Assembly: GCA_018262775.1 (NCBI GenBank)
Contig: JADFDU010000033.1
Span: 1 to 32,000 of the forward strand
Direction of reading: 5' to 3'
Length of the DNA: 32,000 bases
Origin: Rhodocyclaceae bacterium
GTDB taxonomy: Bacteria > Pseudomonadota > Gammaproteobacteria > Burkholderiales > Rhodocyclaceae
Under the pieces are notes generated by a model. That model saw only the letters and a program-made list of their open reading frames with translations, was not told where the DNA came from and ran no database searches. The stretch's first letter is position 1. Every line of letters starts with the position of its first letter. This document shows, piece after piece, positions 1-9,909 of the stretch. Made by a program: the position numbers and the translations under genes.

Positions 1-138
1 GCCGAGGTGGGCACCACTGGCCGCTCCACCGGTCCGCATCTGCATTTCGAGGTGCGCTTCAAGGGGGTCGCGCAAAACCCCAACCGCTTCCTCAAGAACG
101 CGCAACAGCAGAAGCAGATTTTCGCCCGCCTCAAGTAA
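1..138 (+). CDS. M23/LytM-family metallopeptidase, C-terminal fragment (5' end outside window)
   Basis: Open frame runs off the left edge and ends at TAA 136-138. It translates to [31 protein letters not shown]; GxHLHFE(V)R is the zinc-ligand motif of M23 peptidases. Confidence 0.6.
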   Translation, partial: AEVGTTGRSTGPHLHFEVRFKGVAQNPNRFLKNAQQQKQIFARLK

Positions 139-237
139 TAACGAGTAACGCTTTTCCACGCTTCTCCCGGGCTGCGCTGTTCGATGGGAGCGGCGTGGTA
201 AAATTTCCCCTTTTTACGCTGCCCATCGCGTTTCCGC

Positions 238-2958
238 ATGATTCCCCGCCTCCTCAAGAAACTATTCGGCAGCCGCAATGACCGGCTGATCCGCCAGTAC
301 GGTCACGCCGTGCGTGCCATCAATGCTCTCGAAGCATCCGTCAGCGTCCTCTCTGACGAGCAGTTGCGTGGCAAGACCGACGAGTTCCGCCAGAAGCTGG
401 CAGCCGGCGCTGCGCTTGACGACCTCCTGGCGGAAGCCTTTGCCGTGGTGCGCGAGGCGGGCAGGCGCGCCCTCGGCATGCGCCACTTCGACGTGCAGCT
501 GATCGGCGGCATGGTGCTGCACGACGGCAAGATCGCGGAGATGCGCACCGGCGAGGGCAAGACCCTGGCCGCCACCCTGCCGGCCTACCTGAACGCCCTC
601 TCCGGCAAGGGCGTGCACGTCGTCACGGTCAACGACTACCTGGCCTCGCGTGACGCTGAGTGGATGGCCAAGCTCTACCACTTCCTCGGCATGAGCGTCG
701 GCGTCAATCTGTCGCAGATGTCGCATGAGCAGAAGCAGGCCGCCTATGCTGCCGACATCACTTACGGCACCAACAACGAATTCGGCTTCGACTACCTGCG
801 CGACAACATGGTCTACACGGCGGGGGAGCGGGTGCAGAAAAAGCTCAATTTCGCCATCGTTGACGAAGTCGATTCCATCCTCATCGACGAGGCGCGCACG
901 CCGCTCATCATTTCCGGCCAGGCCGAGGACCATACCGACCTCTACGTGCGCATGAACCAGGTGGCGCCGCTGCTCACCCGCCAAGCAGACGAGAAGGGCG
1001 AGGGCGACTACTGGGTCGACGAGAAAGCGCATACGGTGTTGCTCTCTGAGATCGGCCATGAGCACGCCGAAGAGATTCTCGCGCGCCAGGGCATGCTGGC
1101 CGAGGGCAGCAGCCTCTACGAGCCGGGCAACATCCTCCTCATGCATCATCTCTACGCCGCTTTGCGCGCGCACAGCCTGTTTCATCTCGACCAGCATTAC
1201 GTGTCGCAGAACGGCGAGATCGTCATCGTCGACGAATTCACCGGCCGCCTCATGCCGGGCCGGCGCTGGTCAGACGGCCTGCACCAGGCGGTCGAGGCGA
1301 AGGAGGGCGTGTCGATCCAGAACGAGAACCAGACACTCGCCTCGATCACCTTCCAGAACTATTTCCGCATGTACGCCAGGCTGTCCGGCATGACCGGCAC
1401 GGCCGACACGGAGGCCTACGAGTTTCACCAGATATACAGTCTGGAAACGGTGGTCATTCCTACCAACCAGCCGATGATTCGCGAAGACCGCATGGACCAG
1501 GTCTATCGCACTGCAGCGGAAAAGCATCGCGCCATCATCGACGACATTCGCGGCTGCCACCAGCGCGGTCAACCGGTGCTGGTCGGCACGACATCCATCG
1601 AGAATTCCGAGCTGCTCTCCGGCATGCTGGACCAGGAAAAGCTGCCGCACCAGGTGCTCAACGCCAAGCAGCACGCGAAAGAGGCGCTCATCGTCGCCCA
1701 GGCCGGCCGTCCCGGCATGATCACCATCGCCACCAACATGGCCGGTCGCGGCACCGACATCGTGCTCGGCGGCAACGTCGAGAAACAGGTCGAGGCGCTG
1801 CGAGCCGATACGCCGATGTCGGAGGCCGACGAGGAGGCCCGCAGCACCCAGTTGCGTGGCGAATGGCAGGCGCTGCACGCGCAGACGGTGAAGGCCGGCG
1901 GCCTGCACATCATCGGCTCCGAACGGCACGAATCGCGGCGCATCGACAACCAGCTGCGTGGTCGTGCCGGCCGCCAGGGCGACCCCGGCTCCAGCCGTTT
2001 CTACCTTTCCCTGGAGGATCCGCTGCTGCGCATTTTTGCCGGCGAGCGCCTCAATGCCATCATGGTACGGCTGAAAATGCCCGAGGGCGAGGCCATCGAG
2101 CACCCGCTGGTGACGCGCTCGCTCGAATCGGCGCAACGCAAGGTGGAACAGCGCAACTTCGACATCCGCAAGCAGCTGCTGGAGTACGACGACGTCTCCA
2201 ACGATCAGCGCAAGGTGATCTACCAGCAGCGCAACGAGCTGCTCGAGACGGACGACATCGCCGAAACCATCACGGCCATGCGCCAGGGCGTGTTGCACGA
2301 CGTCTTTCGCACCTACGTGCCGGCGGACAGCGTCGAAGAGCAGTGGGACATCGTCGCTGCCGAAGCCGCCCTGGCCGCCGAGTACCAGTTGCAGTTGCCG
2401 CTCGGCGAGTGGCTCAAGGCGGAGCCCGAGCTCACGGATGACGCCATCGTCCGCCGCATCCTGGATGAGGCGGACCGCCACTACGCCGCCAAGGTCGAAC
2501 TGGTGGGGGCCGAGTCCTTCCACCACTTCGAGCGCAACATGATGCTGCAAAGCCTCGACACGCACTGGCGCGAACATCTGGCGGCGCTGGACCATCTGCG
2601 CCAGGGCATCCATCTGCGCGGCTATGCGCAGAAAAACCCGAAGCAGGAGTACAAGCGCGAGGCCTTCGAGCTGTTCGAGGGCCTGCTGCACTTGGTTCGT
2701 AATGAAGTCACCCAGCTGCTCATGACCGTCGAGATCCGCTCGCAGGAACAGATTGAGGCGAGCGAGCCGCAGCAGACCGTGGAGAACGTGCAATACCACC
2801 ATTCCGACTACGACGAGGCGCTGGGCCTGGGCATGCCGGACGATGCGGAAAGGCCAGTCCAGCCCCACGTACGCCATGGGCAGAAGGTCGGCCGCAATGA
2901 TCCCTGCCCCTGCGGTTCAGGCAGGAAATACAAGCACTGCCACGGCAAGCTGAGCTAG
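238..2958 (+). CDS. secA: Preprotein translocase ATPase SecA
   Basis: 906-aa ORF. N-terminus [16 protein letters not shown], Walker [27 protein letters not shown] box, and C-terminal zinc finger [14 protein letters not shown]. Confidence 0.97.
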   Translation: MIPRLLKKLFGSRNDRLIRQYGHAVRAINALEASVSVLSDEQLRGKTDEFRQKLAAGAALDDLLAEAFAVVREAGRRALGMRHFDVQLIGGMVLHDGKIAEMRTGEGKTLAATLPAYLNALSGKGVHVVTVNDYLASRDAEWMAKLYHFLGMSVGVNLSQMSHEQKQAAYAADITYGTNNEFGFDYLRDNMVYTAGERVQKKLNFAIVDEVDSILIDEARTPLIISGQAEDHTDLYVRMNQVAPLLTRQADEKGEGDYWVDEKAHTVLLSEIGHEHAEEILARQGMLAEGSSLYEPGNILLMHHLYAALRAHSLFHLDQHYVSQNGEIVIVDEFTGRLMPGRRWSDGLHQAVEAKEGVSIQNENQTLASITFQNYFRMYARLSGMTGTADTEAYEFHQIYSLETVVIPTNQPMIREDRMDQVYRTAAEKHRAIIDDIRGCHQRGQPVLVGTTSIENSELLSGMLDQEKLPHQVLNAKQHAKEALIVAQAGRPGMITIATNMAGRGTDIVLGGNVEKQVEALRADTPMSEADEEARSTQLRGEWQALHAQTVKAGGLHIIGSERHESRRIDNQLRGRAGRQGDPGSSRFYLSLEDPLLRIFAGERLNAIMVRLKMPEGEAIEHPLVTRSLESAQRKVEQRNFDIRKQLLEYDDVSNDQRKVIYQQRNELLETDDIAETITAMRQGVLHDVFRTYVPADSVEEQWDIVAAEAALAAEYQLQLPLGEWLKAEPELTDDAIVRRILDEADRHYAAKVELVGAESFHHFERNMMLQSLDTHWREHLAALDHLRQGIHLRGYAQKNPKQEYKREAFELFEGLLHLVRNEVTQLLMTVEIRSQEQIEASEPQQTVENVQYHHSDYDEALGLGMPDDAERPVQPHVRHGQKVGRNDPCPCGSGRKYKHCHGKLS

Positions 2959-2979
2959 GGCGCATCCTGGTCGCGCGCC

Positions 2980-3855
2980 ATGACTCAGGACTTGCATTCC
3001 CATGATCGATTGAATGCCTGGATCGAGCGCATCCGCGATCAGGAACTGCCCATCTTCGGCCGCACGGCCGAACAGATCCGCGCACTGACCGACAATGACA
3101 AGGCGGCAGTATCCCAGCTGGCTGATGCCATCCTCTGCGATCCCGGCATGACGGCCAAGCTGCTGCGCATTGCCAACAGCGTCATCTTCAACACTTCGGG
3201 CACCCAGATCACCACCATCAGCCGGGCCGTCCTGATGCTCGGCTTCAATATGGTGCGGCAGGTTGCCCTCTCGGTCGCCTTCGTGGACGCCTTGCTGCGT
3301 GGGCCGGTGCGGGAGCGGGTGTTGCGCGAGATGGGGCGGGCCTGCCATGCTGCCACACAGGCGCGTTGGCTGGCCTCGAGAAGGCATGACGTGCAGCCGG
3401 AGGAAGCCTTCATCGCCGCCTTGCTCTATCGCTTCGGCGAGATGGCTTTCTGGTGCCTTGCCGGCGAAACCGGCGACGAGCTTGAGGCAGCCCTGCGCCA
3501 AAATCCGAACACACCAGGCGAGGTTGAACAGTCTCTGCTCGGTTTCCGCCTGAACCAACTCACCATCGCCATGGTGCACGACTGGCGCGTCAGCCCGCTG
3601 TTGCAAAGCATCCTCAAGGGCACCTATCCAAGGCGTTCGCGCGAGCAGGCCGTAGTGCTCGCCTTCCGCCTGGCCGAGGATTCCGAGAACGGCTGGCACA
3701 GCGAGCGTGCCCGTGCCCGGCTGAAGGATGTCGCCGAGTACCTGCAGCAGCCGCTCGAAGAAATTGCCGGCCCGGTGATGAAGAACGCCATCGATGCGGC
3801 TGCCATCGCCGAGTGCTACGGAGCGGGCAGCGCAGTGCGCTTCATTCCGCAGTAG
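2980..3855 (+). CDS. HDOD domain-containing signalling protein
   Basis: 291-aa ORF 21 nt after secA. The N-terminal [14 protein letters not shown]...[22 protein letters not shown] pattern is typical of HDOD domains. No other domain recognised. Confidence 0.75.
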   Translation: MTQDLHSHDRLNAWIERIRDQELPIFGRTAEQIRALTDNDKAAVSQLADAILCDPGMTAKLLRIANSVIFNTSGTQITTISRAVLMLGFNMVRQVALSVAFVDALLRGPVRERVLREMGRACHAATQARWLASRRHDVQPEEAFIAALLYRFGEMAFWCLAGETGDELEAALRQNPNTPGEVEQSLLGFRLNQLTIAMVHDWRVSPLLQSILKGTYPRRSREQAVVLAFRLAEDSENGWHSERARARLKDVAEYLQQPLEEIAGPVMKNAIDAAAIAECYGAGSAVRFIPQ

Positions 3856-3910
3856 TCTGCGCCATCGATTATCATCCGCTTCGTTTGCACGCCCGCGCCG
3901 AGACCCCATC

Positions 3911-5137
3911 ATGCCCGTCAACCTGAAGCCGCCCGTCGCCGCACAACTCCTGCCCGTCCCGGGTGTCGCCCTCGGCATTGCCCGGGCCGGCATCCGCAAG
4001 GCCAATCGCCGCGACCTGCTGCTGATCCGCCTCGACGAAGGGGCCGCCGTCGCCGGCGTGTTTACGCAGAACCGCTTTTGCGCCGCGCCGGTCATCGTCT
4101 GCCGCGAGCACCTGGAAGGCACCGGCATTCGCGCGCTTGTCGTCAACACCGGTATCGCCAACGCCGGCACTGGCGCGCCCGGCATGCAGGCGGCGCGCGA
4201 CACCTGCGCCGCCGCGGCGCGGCTGCTCGGTTGCGCGCCACAGCAGGTGCTGCCGTTTTCCACCGGCGTCATCATGGAGCCGCTGCCCGTCGAACGCCTT
4301 GTGGCGGGGCTGCCGGCCTGCGTGGCTGATTTGCGCGAGAGCAACTGGGACGCCGCCGCCGAGGCCATCATGACCACCGACACCCTGCCCAAGGCGGTTT
4401 CGCGGAAAGTCAGCCTCGGCGGTACGGCGGTCACGATCACCGGCATCGCCAAAGGCGCCGGCATGATCCGCCCCAACATGGCCACCATGCTCGGCTTCGT
4501 CGCCACGGATGCCTCGGTAGCGCAGCCTGTATTGGAACAACTCGTGCGCGAGGCGGCCGACGCCTCTTTCAACTGCATCACGGTGGATGGCGACACCTCG
4601 ACCAACGATTCCTTCATGCTCATCGCCAGCGGGCGGGCGGGCAATGCACCGATCGCCGATGTCGCCTCCGAGGGCTATGCTGCGCTGAAGGAAGCCGTCA
4701 CCGCCGTGGCGGCGGAACTCGCCCAGGCCATCGTCCGCGACGGCGAGGGTGCCACCAAGTTCATTACCGTCGCCGTTCAGGGCGGCCGCGACATCGCCGA
4801 ATGCAAGGCCGTCGGCTACGCCATCGGCCATTCGCCGCTGGTGAAGACCGCCTTCTTCGCTTCCGATCCCAACCTCGGCCGCATCCTCGCCGCCATCGGC
4901 AACGCCGGCATTGCCGACCTCGACGTCGCGCGCTTGAAGCTCTGGCTTGATGAGGTACTGGTGGCCGAAAACGGCGGGCCTGCGGCGAGCTATCGCGAGG
5001 GGGAGGGCGCGCGGGTGATGAAACAGGAGGAGATCACGGTGCGCATCGATCTCGCCCGCGGCGATGCGCAGGCTACCGTGTGGACCTGCGACTTTTCCTA
5101 CGACTACGTGAAGATCAACGCGGATTACCGCAGTTGA
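3911..5137 (+). CDS. argJ: Bifunctional ornithine acetyltransferase / N-acetylglutamate synthase ArgJ
   Basis: ATG 3911 (MPVNLKP...) preferred over the upstream in-frame start at 3794. IMTTDT motif, self-cleavage region [15 protein letters not shown]-terminal INADYRS. Confidence 0.92.
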   Translation: MPVNLKPPVAAQLLPVPGVALGIARAGIRKANRRDLLLIRLDEGAAVAGVFTQNRFCAAPVIVCREHLEGTGIRALVVNTGIANAGTGAPGMQAARDTCAAAARLLGCAPQQVLPFSTGVIMEPLPVERLVAGLPACVADLRESNWDAAAEAIMTTDTLPKAVSRKVSLGGTAVTITGIAKGAGMIRPNMATMLGFVATDASVAQPVLEQLVREAADASFNCITVDGDTSTNDSFMLIASGRAGNAPIADVASEGYAALKEAVTAVAAELAQAIVRDGEGATKFITVAVQGGRDIAECKAVGYAIGHSPLVKTAFFASDPNLGRILAAIGNAGIADLDVARLKLWLDEVLVAENGGPAASYREGEGARVMKQEEITVRIDLARGDAQATVWTCDFSYDYVKINADYRS

Positions 5138-5247
5138 ACATTGCCCCTCGGCACCCGCCCGGCCGCCCGAAGGGCGCTGAGCGCCCCCTCGGGGGGCAGC
5201 GAACGAAGTGAGCGTGGGGGTCGGTCATATTAGTCAGGCTTGATCAG

Positions 5248-5631
5248 TCAATGCAGCACGCGCGGCATGGCGAGGGTGAACTCCGCCACCGATGCCTCGA
5301 ACTGCGCGCCGTCCTCCGCCGTCATCTGGAAGCTGCCGCGCATGGTGCCGACAGGCGTGGTGAGGACACAGCCGCTGGTGTATTCGAAACTCTCGTCGGG
5401 CTTGAGTAGGGGCTGGTGGCCGACCACGCCGAGGCCGCGCACTTCCTGCACGTGCGACTCGGCATCCGTGATGACCCAGTGACGTGAAATCAGCTGCGCC
5501 GCGATGGTGCCGGTGTTGCGGATGGTGATGTTGTAGGCGAAGACATAGCGCCCGTCCTGCGGGTCCGACTGGTCGGCCAGGTACTGGGTTTCCGCCGTGA
5601 CGCGGATCTCGTATTTAATGCTTTCCGCCAT
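5248..5631 (-). CDS. apaG: ApaG (DUF525) protein
   Basis: 127 aa. RYVFAYNITIRNTG...GVVGHQPLLKPDESFEYTSGCVLTTPVGTMRGSFQM aligns closely with remembered E. coli ApaG. Confidence 0.88.
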   Translation of the reverse strand: MAESIKYEIRVTAETQYLADQSDPQDGRYVFAYNITIRNTGTIAAQLISRHWVITDAESHVQEVRGLGVVGHQPLLKPDESFEYTSGCVLTTPVGTMRGSFQMTAEDGAQFEASVAEFTLAMPRVLH

Positions 5632-5744
5632 GCGGCCATTATAGGGGCGTGGGGGAGAAGCCGGCTTATGGGGGCCATAATTTCTTTTAGCCGGCGATGG
5701 GTTCGATTGCGTTTAAAATCAGAATCATCATAGGGGGAATCGCC

Positions 5745-6428
5745 ATGACCTACCGCATTGCACCGAGCATCCTCTCCGCCAACTTCGCCAAGTTGGGCGA
5801 GGAGGTGGACAATGTCCTTAAGTCCGGCGCCGACATCGTGCACTTCGACGTCATGGATAATCATTACGTGCCGAACCTGACCATCGGCCCGCTGGTCTGC
5901 GAGGCCCTGCGCAAGCACGGCGTCACCGCGCCCATCGACGTACACTTGATGGTGAAGCCGGTGGACCGCATCATTCCCGACTTCGCCAAGGCGGGTGCCA
6001 CCTACATCACCTTCCACCCGGAGGCTTCCGAGCACATCGACCGCACCATCGGCCTGATCCGCGAATCCGGCTGCAAGCCTGGCTTGGTGTTCAACCCGGC
6101 GACGCCGCTCGACGTGCTGGAATGGACGCTCGACAAGCTCGACATGGTGCTGCTGATGTCGGTGAACCCCGGCTTCGGCGGCCAGAAATTCATTCCCTAC
6201 GTCCTCGACAAGGCGCGCAAGGTGCGCCAGATGATCGAGGCGCGTGGCCTCGACGTCAGCCTGGAGATCGACGGTGGCGTTGGCCCGGCCAACATCTGTG
6301 AGGTGGCACAGGCCGGCGTTGACACCTTCGTCGCCGGCTCCGCCGTTTTCGGCGCCGGCAAGGACGGCGACCCGCAGCGCTACAACACCATCATCGCCTC
6401 CCTGCGCGCCGAACTGGCGAAGGTTTGA
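5745..6428 (+). CDS. rpe: Ribulose-phosphate 3-epimerase
   Basis: ATG 5745 ([21 protein letters not shown]). Motifs [14 protein letters not shown] and [13 protein letters not shown]. Divergent from apaG. Confidence 0.93.
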   Translation: MTYRIAPSILSANFAKLGEEVDNVLKSGADIVHFDVMDNHYVPNLTIGPLVCEALRKHGVTAPIDVHLMVKPVDRIIPDFAKAGATYITFHPEASEHIDRTIGLIRESGCKPGLVFNPATPLDVLEWTLDKLDMVLLMSVNPGFGGQKFIPYVLDKARKVRQMIEARGLDVSLEIDGGVGPANICEVAQAGVDTFVAGSAVFGAGKDGDPQRYNTIIASLRAELAKV

Positions 6429-7105
6429 TGGCCTTGCCGATACGCGCAGTCCTCATCGACCTCGACGGCACACTGCTCGACACCGTTCCCGATCTCGCCG
6501 ACGCGGCCAACGCCATGCTCGCCGAGTTGGGGCGGCTGACTTTGCCGGTCGACACCATCCGCGAATTCGTCGGCAAGGGAATCCCAAACCTCGTTGGCCG
6601 CTGCCTCGGCTATCCGGGCGAATCGAATGCGCCGGATGCCCTCGAAGCGCTGGCCGTTTTCAAGCGCCATTACGCCGCCGTCAATGGCCGCAACACGCGC
6701 ATCTACCCCGGTGTGATTGAGGGCCTTGAAGCCATGCGCGCCGCCGGCCTGAAGACCGCTTGCGTCACCAACAAGGCCGCCGCCTTTACCGGCCCCCTGC
6801 TCGAAACCACCGGCCTGTCCGCACTCCTCGACATGACGGTGAGCGGCGACACCCTGGCGGAAAAGAAGCCGCACCCGCTGCCTTTCCTGCACCTCTGCGA
6901 ACGCTTCGGCATCGCCCCCGCTGAGGCGCTGGTCATCGGCGATTCGCGCAACGATGTCGCCGGCGCGCGCGCGGCGGGTTGCCCGGTGGTCTGCGTGCCC
7001 TATGGCTACAGCGAAGGCGAGGATGTGCGCGATCTCGGTGCCGATGCTATAGTGGGCACCCTCGAGGAGGTAGCCAGGTTGGCCATTCAGGCCGGGTGCC
7101 AATGA
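6428..7105 (+). CDS. gph: Phosphoglycolate phosphatase (HAD superfamily)
   Basis: ATG 6428 overlaps the rpe stop (TGATG). HAD motif I LIDLDGTLLDT, later KKPHP and GDSRNDV motifs. Classic rpe-gph pairing. Confidence 0.85.
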   Translation: MALPIRAVLIDLDGTLLDTVPDLADAANAMLAELGRLTLPVDTIREFVGKGIPNLVGRCLGYPGESNAPDALEALAVFKRHYAAVNGRNTRIYPGVIEGLEAMRAAGLKTACVTNKAAAFTGPLLETTGLSALLDMTVSGDTLAEKKPHPLPFLHLCERFGIAPAEALVIGDSRNDVAGARAAGCPVVCVPYGYSEGEDVRDLGADAIVGTLEEVARLAIQAGCQ

Positions 7106-7108
7106 GTT

Positions 7109-7177
7109 GTCATTCCCGCGAAAGCGGGAATTCACAATACGAATCGAAGGCTGGATTCCCGCTTTCGCGGGAATGAC
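7109..7177. repeat. REP-like palindromic element: perfect 23-bp inverted repeat, each arm itself a hairpin
   Basis: gtcattcccgcgaaagcgggaat (7109-7131) is the exact reverse complement of attcccgctttcgcgggaatgac (7155-7177), with a 23-nt spacer. It produces the familiar spurious peptides SFPRKRE / VIPAKAGIQ...FRGND in ORFs 7107..7301 and 6380..7192. Confidence 0.85.
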
Positions 7178-7202
7178 GGGTAATACTGGCATTGTGATCT
7201 AC

Positions 7203-7301
7203 ATGAACTTGAAACGCGTGAGGAAATTTGCCCCGAAGGAAATCCCCTTGGGGGACGCCGTAGGCGGGGAGGCCTGGCCCTGGCGTCGCTTGCCTGACTG
7301 A
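7203..7301 (+). CDS. Candidate trp leader peptide ([32 protein letters not shown])
   Basis: 32-codon ORF directly upstream of trpE, with two Trp codons within three codons (TGG 7275, TGG 7281) near its end. No clear SD before ATG 7203. Confidence 0.35.
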   Translation: MNLKRVRKFAPKEIPLGDAVGGEAWPWRRLPD

Positions 7302-7314
7302 ACGTCGCAAGCGG

Positions 7315-7348
7315 CGGGCGCTTTTGTGTAGTTTGCGCCCGTGTTTTT
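7315..7348 (+). terminator. Candidate attenuator terminator between leader ORF and trpE
   Basis: Stem cgggcgc (7315-7321) / gcgcccg (7335-7341), 13-nt loop, then tgttttt (7342-7348), 24 nt before trpE ATG 7372. Confidence 0.4.
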
Positions 7349-7371
7349 CCCGAGTTTCAAGTAGTGGAGTC

Positions 7372-8859
7372 ATGATGACCGAAGCCGCATTCAACGCGTT
7401 GGCCGCGCAGGGCTATAACCGTATTCCGGTGACCCTGGAAACCTTCGCCGACCTCGATACCCCCCTTTCGATCTACCTCAAGCTGGCCACTGGTAACAGT
7501 GGCGCCTATACCTACCTGCTCGAGTCCGTGCAAGGTGGCGAGCGCTTCGGCCGCTATTCCTTCATCGGCCTGTCCGCGCCGACGCGCATCGCCGCCTATG
7601 GCCGCGACGTCATGGTGCTCACCGGCCACCGCATCGCCGAGCGGCGCGACGATTGTGATCCGCTCGCCTTCGTCGGCGAGTACATGGCGCGCTTCCGGCT
7701 CGCGCCGCGCGCCGGCCTGCCGCGCTTCTGCGGCGGCCTCGTCGGCTGCTTCGGCTACGACACCGTGCACTACATCGAGCCGAAGCTGGCAAAGACGCAA
7801 AAGCCCGACGCGCTCGGCACGCCCGACGTGCTGCTGCTCCTCTCCGAGGAAATTGCCGTTGTCGACAACCTCTCCGGCAAGCTGACCCTGGTGGTGTATG
7901 CCGAGCCCGGCGTGCCCGGCGCCTTCAAGCGCGCCCAGACGCGGCTGAAGGAACTGCTGGTGCGGCTGCGTGAACCCGTGGCCATTCCCCCCGAACAGCC
8001 CGTTGCGTCGCAGGCGGCTGTCTCTTCATTCGGCGAGGAACCCTTCAAGCAGGCCGTGGCGCGCGCCAAGCAATACATCGTCGACGGCGACATCATGCAG
8101 GTGGTGCTCTCGCAGCGCATGTCGAAACCCTTCGCCGCCACGCCGCTGGCGCTCTACCGCGCGCTGCGCACCCTCAATCCCTCGCCCTACATGTTCTACT
8201 TCGACTTCGAGGACTTCCACGTCGTCGGCGCCTCGCCGGAGATCCTCGTTCGCCTGGAGGACGGCAGCGTCACCCTGCGGCCGATCGCCGGCACGCGTCG
8301 GCGCGGCAAGACGGTCGAGGAAGACGAGGCCCTCGCCGCCGAACTGCTCACCGACGAAAAGGAACGCGCCGAGCACCTCATGCTGCTCGACCTCGGCCGC
8401 AACGACGTCGGCCGCGTGGCGCAGACCGGCAGCGTCAAGGTGACCGAGCAGTTCGTCATCGAGCGCTACTCGCACGTGATGCACATCGTCTCCAGCGTCG
8501 AAGGCAGGCTGAAGCCCGAGCTGGATGCGCTAGCGGTGCTGCGCGCCACCTTCCCCGCCGGCACGGTGTCCGGTGCGCCCAAAGTGCGGGCGATGGAGGT
8601 CATTGACGAGCTGGAGCCGGTCAAGCGCGGCCTCTACGCCGGCGCCGTCGGCTACCTCGGCTTCCACGGCGACATGGACCTCGCCATCGCCATCCGCACC
8701 GCCGTCGTCAAGGACGGCCACATCCACGTCCAAGCCGGCGCCGGCATCGTCGCCGATTCCGACCCGGCCGCGGAATGGCAGGAGACGCAGAGCAAGGCCC
8801 GCGCCCAACTGCGCGCCGCCGAAATGGCCGAGTCGGGCCTCGATACGCGCTTGGATTGA
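7372..8859 (+). CDS. trpE: Anthranilate synthase component I
   Basis: ATG 7372 preceded by GGAG (7366-7369). [28 protein letters not shown], and the C-terminal GAVGYLGF...AIRT...[10 protein letters not shown] chorismate-binding signature. Confidence 0.95.
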   Translation: MMTEAAFNALAAQGYNRIPVTLETFADLDTPLSIYLKLATGNSGAYTYLLESVQGGERFGRYSFIGLSAPTRIAAYGRDVMVLTGHRIAERRDDCDPLAFVGEYMARFRLAPRAGLPRFCGGLVGCFGYDTVHYIEPKLAKTQKPDALGTPDVLLLLSEEIAVVDNLSGKLTLVVYAEPGVPGAFKRAQTRLKELLVRLREPVAIPPEQPVASQAAVSSFGEEPFKQAVARAKQYIVDGDIMQVVLSQRMSKPFAATPLALYRALRTLNPSPYMFYFDFEDFHVVGASPEILVRLEDGSVTLRPIAGTRRRGKTVEEDEALAAELLTDEKERAEHLMLLDLGRNDVGRVAQTGSVKVTEQFVIERYSHVMHIVSSVEGRLKPELDALAVLRATFPAGTVSGAPKVRAMEVIDELEPVKRGLYAGAVGYLGFHGDMDLAIAIRTAVVKDGHIHVQAGAGIVADSDPAAEWQETQSKARAQLRAAEMAESGLDTRLD

Positions 8860-8860
8860 A

Positions 8861-9331
8861 CCGCATTCAACACAGAGGGCACAGAGGTACAGAGAACACA
8901 GAGATGGAAGACAATGTCCTTTCCGGTCAGGTGATTGGCGCCGCGATTGAAGTGCATCGGGTTCTGGGCCCGGGGCTGCTTGAGTCGGCCTATGAGCTGG
9001 CGCTGGAGCGAGAGCTCCGGCTGCTCGGGCTCGACGTTCTTCGCCAGGTGCCGGTCCCGCTTCAGTACAAAGGTGCGAACCTTGGGGACGGATTTCGCAT
9101 CGACATTCTCGTGAGCGGGTTGCTGCTGGTCGAGATCAAGGCAGTCGAACAGCTTGCGCCTTTGCACGAAGCCCAGCTATTGACCTATTTGCGCTTGACC
9201 GGCAAGCGGCATGGGTTGCTCATCAATTTCAACGTCTCGGCGCTCAAGAACGGGGTCAAACGGGTGGTAAATGGATACTAGATTTTTCTCTGTGATCTCT
9301 GTGCCTCCGTGTCCTCTGTGTTTAAAGAGGT
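8861..9331. mobile_element. CACAGAG-repeat palindromic element, cargo-bearing copy (arms 8861-8903 and 9282-9331 flank the GxxExxY gene)
   Basis: Left arm caaCACAGAGGgCACaGAGGtACAGAGAaCACAGAG. The reverse complement of the right arm is aaaCACAGAGGaCACgGAGGcACAGAGAtCACAGAG. The same arms occur back-to-back at 9910-10022 and 11078-11180. Confidence 0.6.
8904..9281 (+). CDS. GxxExxY family protein (PD-(D/E)xK nuclease fold)
   Basis: 125 aa from ATG 8904. GLLESAY is the GxxExxY motif. FRIDILV...LLLVEIKAV fits D...ExK nuclease catalytic spacing. In-frame TTG 8856 overlapping the trpE stop is an alternative start. Confidence 0.85.
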   Translation: MEDNVLSGQVIGAAIEVHRVLGPGLLESAYELALERELRLLGLDVLRQVPVPLQYKGANLGDGFRIDILVSGLLLVEIKAVEQLAPLHEAQLLTYLRLTGKRHGLLINFNVSALKNGVKRVVNGY

Positions 9332-9338
9332 TCCCCCC

Positions 9339-9902
9339 ATGCTCCTGATGATCGACAACTACGACTCCTTCACCTACAACCTGGTGCAGTATTTCGGCGA
9401 GCTGGATGAGGAGGTGCGCGTCTTCCGCAATGACGAAATTTCGGTTGAGGGCATTGTCGCGCTCAAGCCCGATCGCATCGTCGTCTCCCCCGGTCCCTGT
9501 TCGCCCGCCGAGGCCGGCATCTCGGTGGCGGTGATCCGGGCGTTTGCCGGCAAGGTTCCGTTGCTGGGCGTCTGCCTCGGCCACCAATGCATCGGCGCCG
9601 CTTTCGGCGGCAAGGTCGTGCATGCCCGCCAACTCATGCACGGCAAGACATCATTGGTGCAGCATGCCGGCGCCGGCGTTTTCCGCGACCTGCCGAATCC
9701 CTTCACCGCCACGCGCTACCACTCGCTCGCCATCGAGCGTGCCTCGCTGCCGGATTGCCTTGAAGTGACGGCGTGGACCGACGACGGCGAGATCATGGGC
9801 GTGCGCCATCGCGAATTCGCTGTGGAAGGCGTGCAGTTCCACCCCGAATCCATCCGCAGCGAGCACGGCCACCGACTGTTGAAGACTTTTTTAGAGACAT
9901 GA
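9339..9902 (+). CDS. trpG: Anthranilate synthase component II (glutamine amidotransferase)
   Basis: ATG 9339 ([18 protein letters not shown]). Catalytic GVCLGHQ and FHPES. AAGAGG at 9325-9330 lies inside the repeat arm. Confidence 0.93.
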   Translation: MLLMIDNYDSFTYNLVQYFGELDEEVRVFRNDEISVEGIVALKPDRIVVSPGPCSPAEAGISVAVIRAFAGKVPLLGVCLGHQCIGAAFGGKVVHARQLMHGKTSLVQHAGAGVFRDLPNPFTATRYHSLAIERASLPDCLEVTAWTDDGEIMGVRHREFAVEGVQFHPESIRSEHGHRLLKTFLET

Positions 9903-9909
9903 ACCTTGA

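Noticed and set aside
262-2877. Long minus-strand ORFs (262..1197, 1270..2877) antisense to secA. Similar long shadow ORFs occur at 2917..4644(-), 13793..15046(-), 16327..17739(+), 26860..28455(+) and 29365..31455(-).
   Set aside because: They overlap strongly supported genes on the other strand. They are Arg/Ala/Gly/His-rich with no recognisable motifs. Such open antisense frames are expected in high-GC DNA.
6380-7301. ORFs 6380..7192(-), 7107..7301(+, full length) and 7110..7394(-) containing VIPAKAGIQ / SFPRKRE / FRGND peptides.
   Set aside because: These are classic spurious translations of the REP hairpin at 7109-7177. Only the 3' part of the plus frame, from ATG 7203, is retained as a tentative leader peptide.
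8775-8903. N-terminal extension of the GxxExxY ORF (…[15 protein letters not shown]) and similar HRGHRGTENTE/FNTEGTE peptides in ORFs 9773..10051 and 10952..12112.
   Set aside because: These are translations of the repeat arms and overlap the trpE, trpG and trpD 3' ends. Only TTG 8856 is kept as a possible alternative start.
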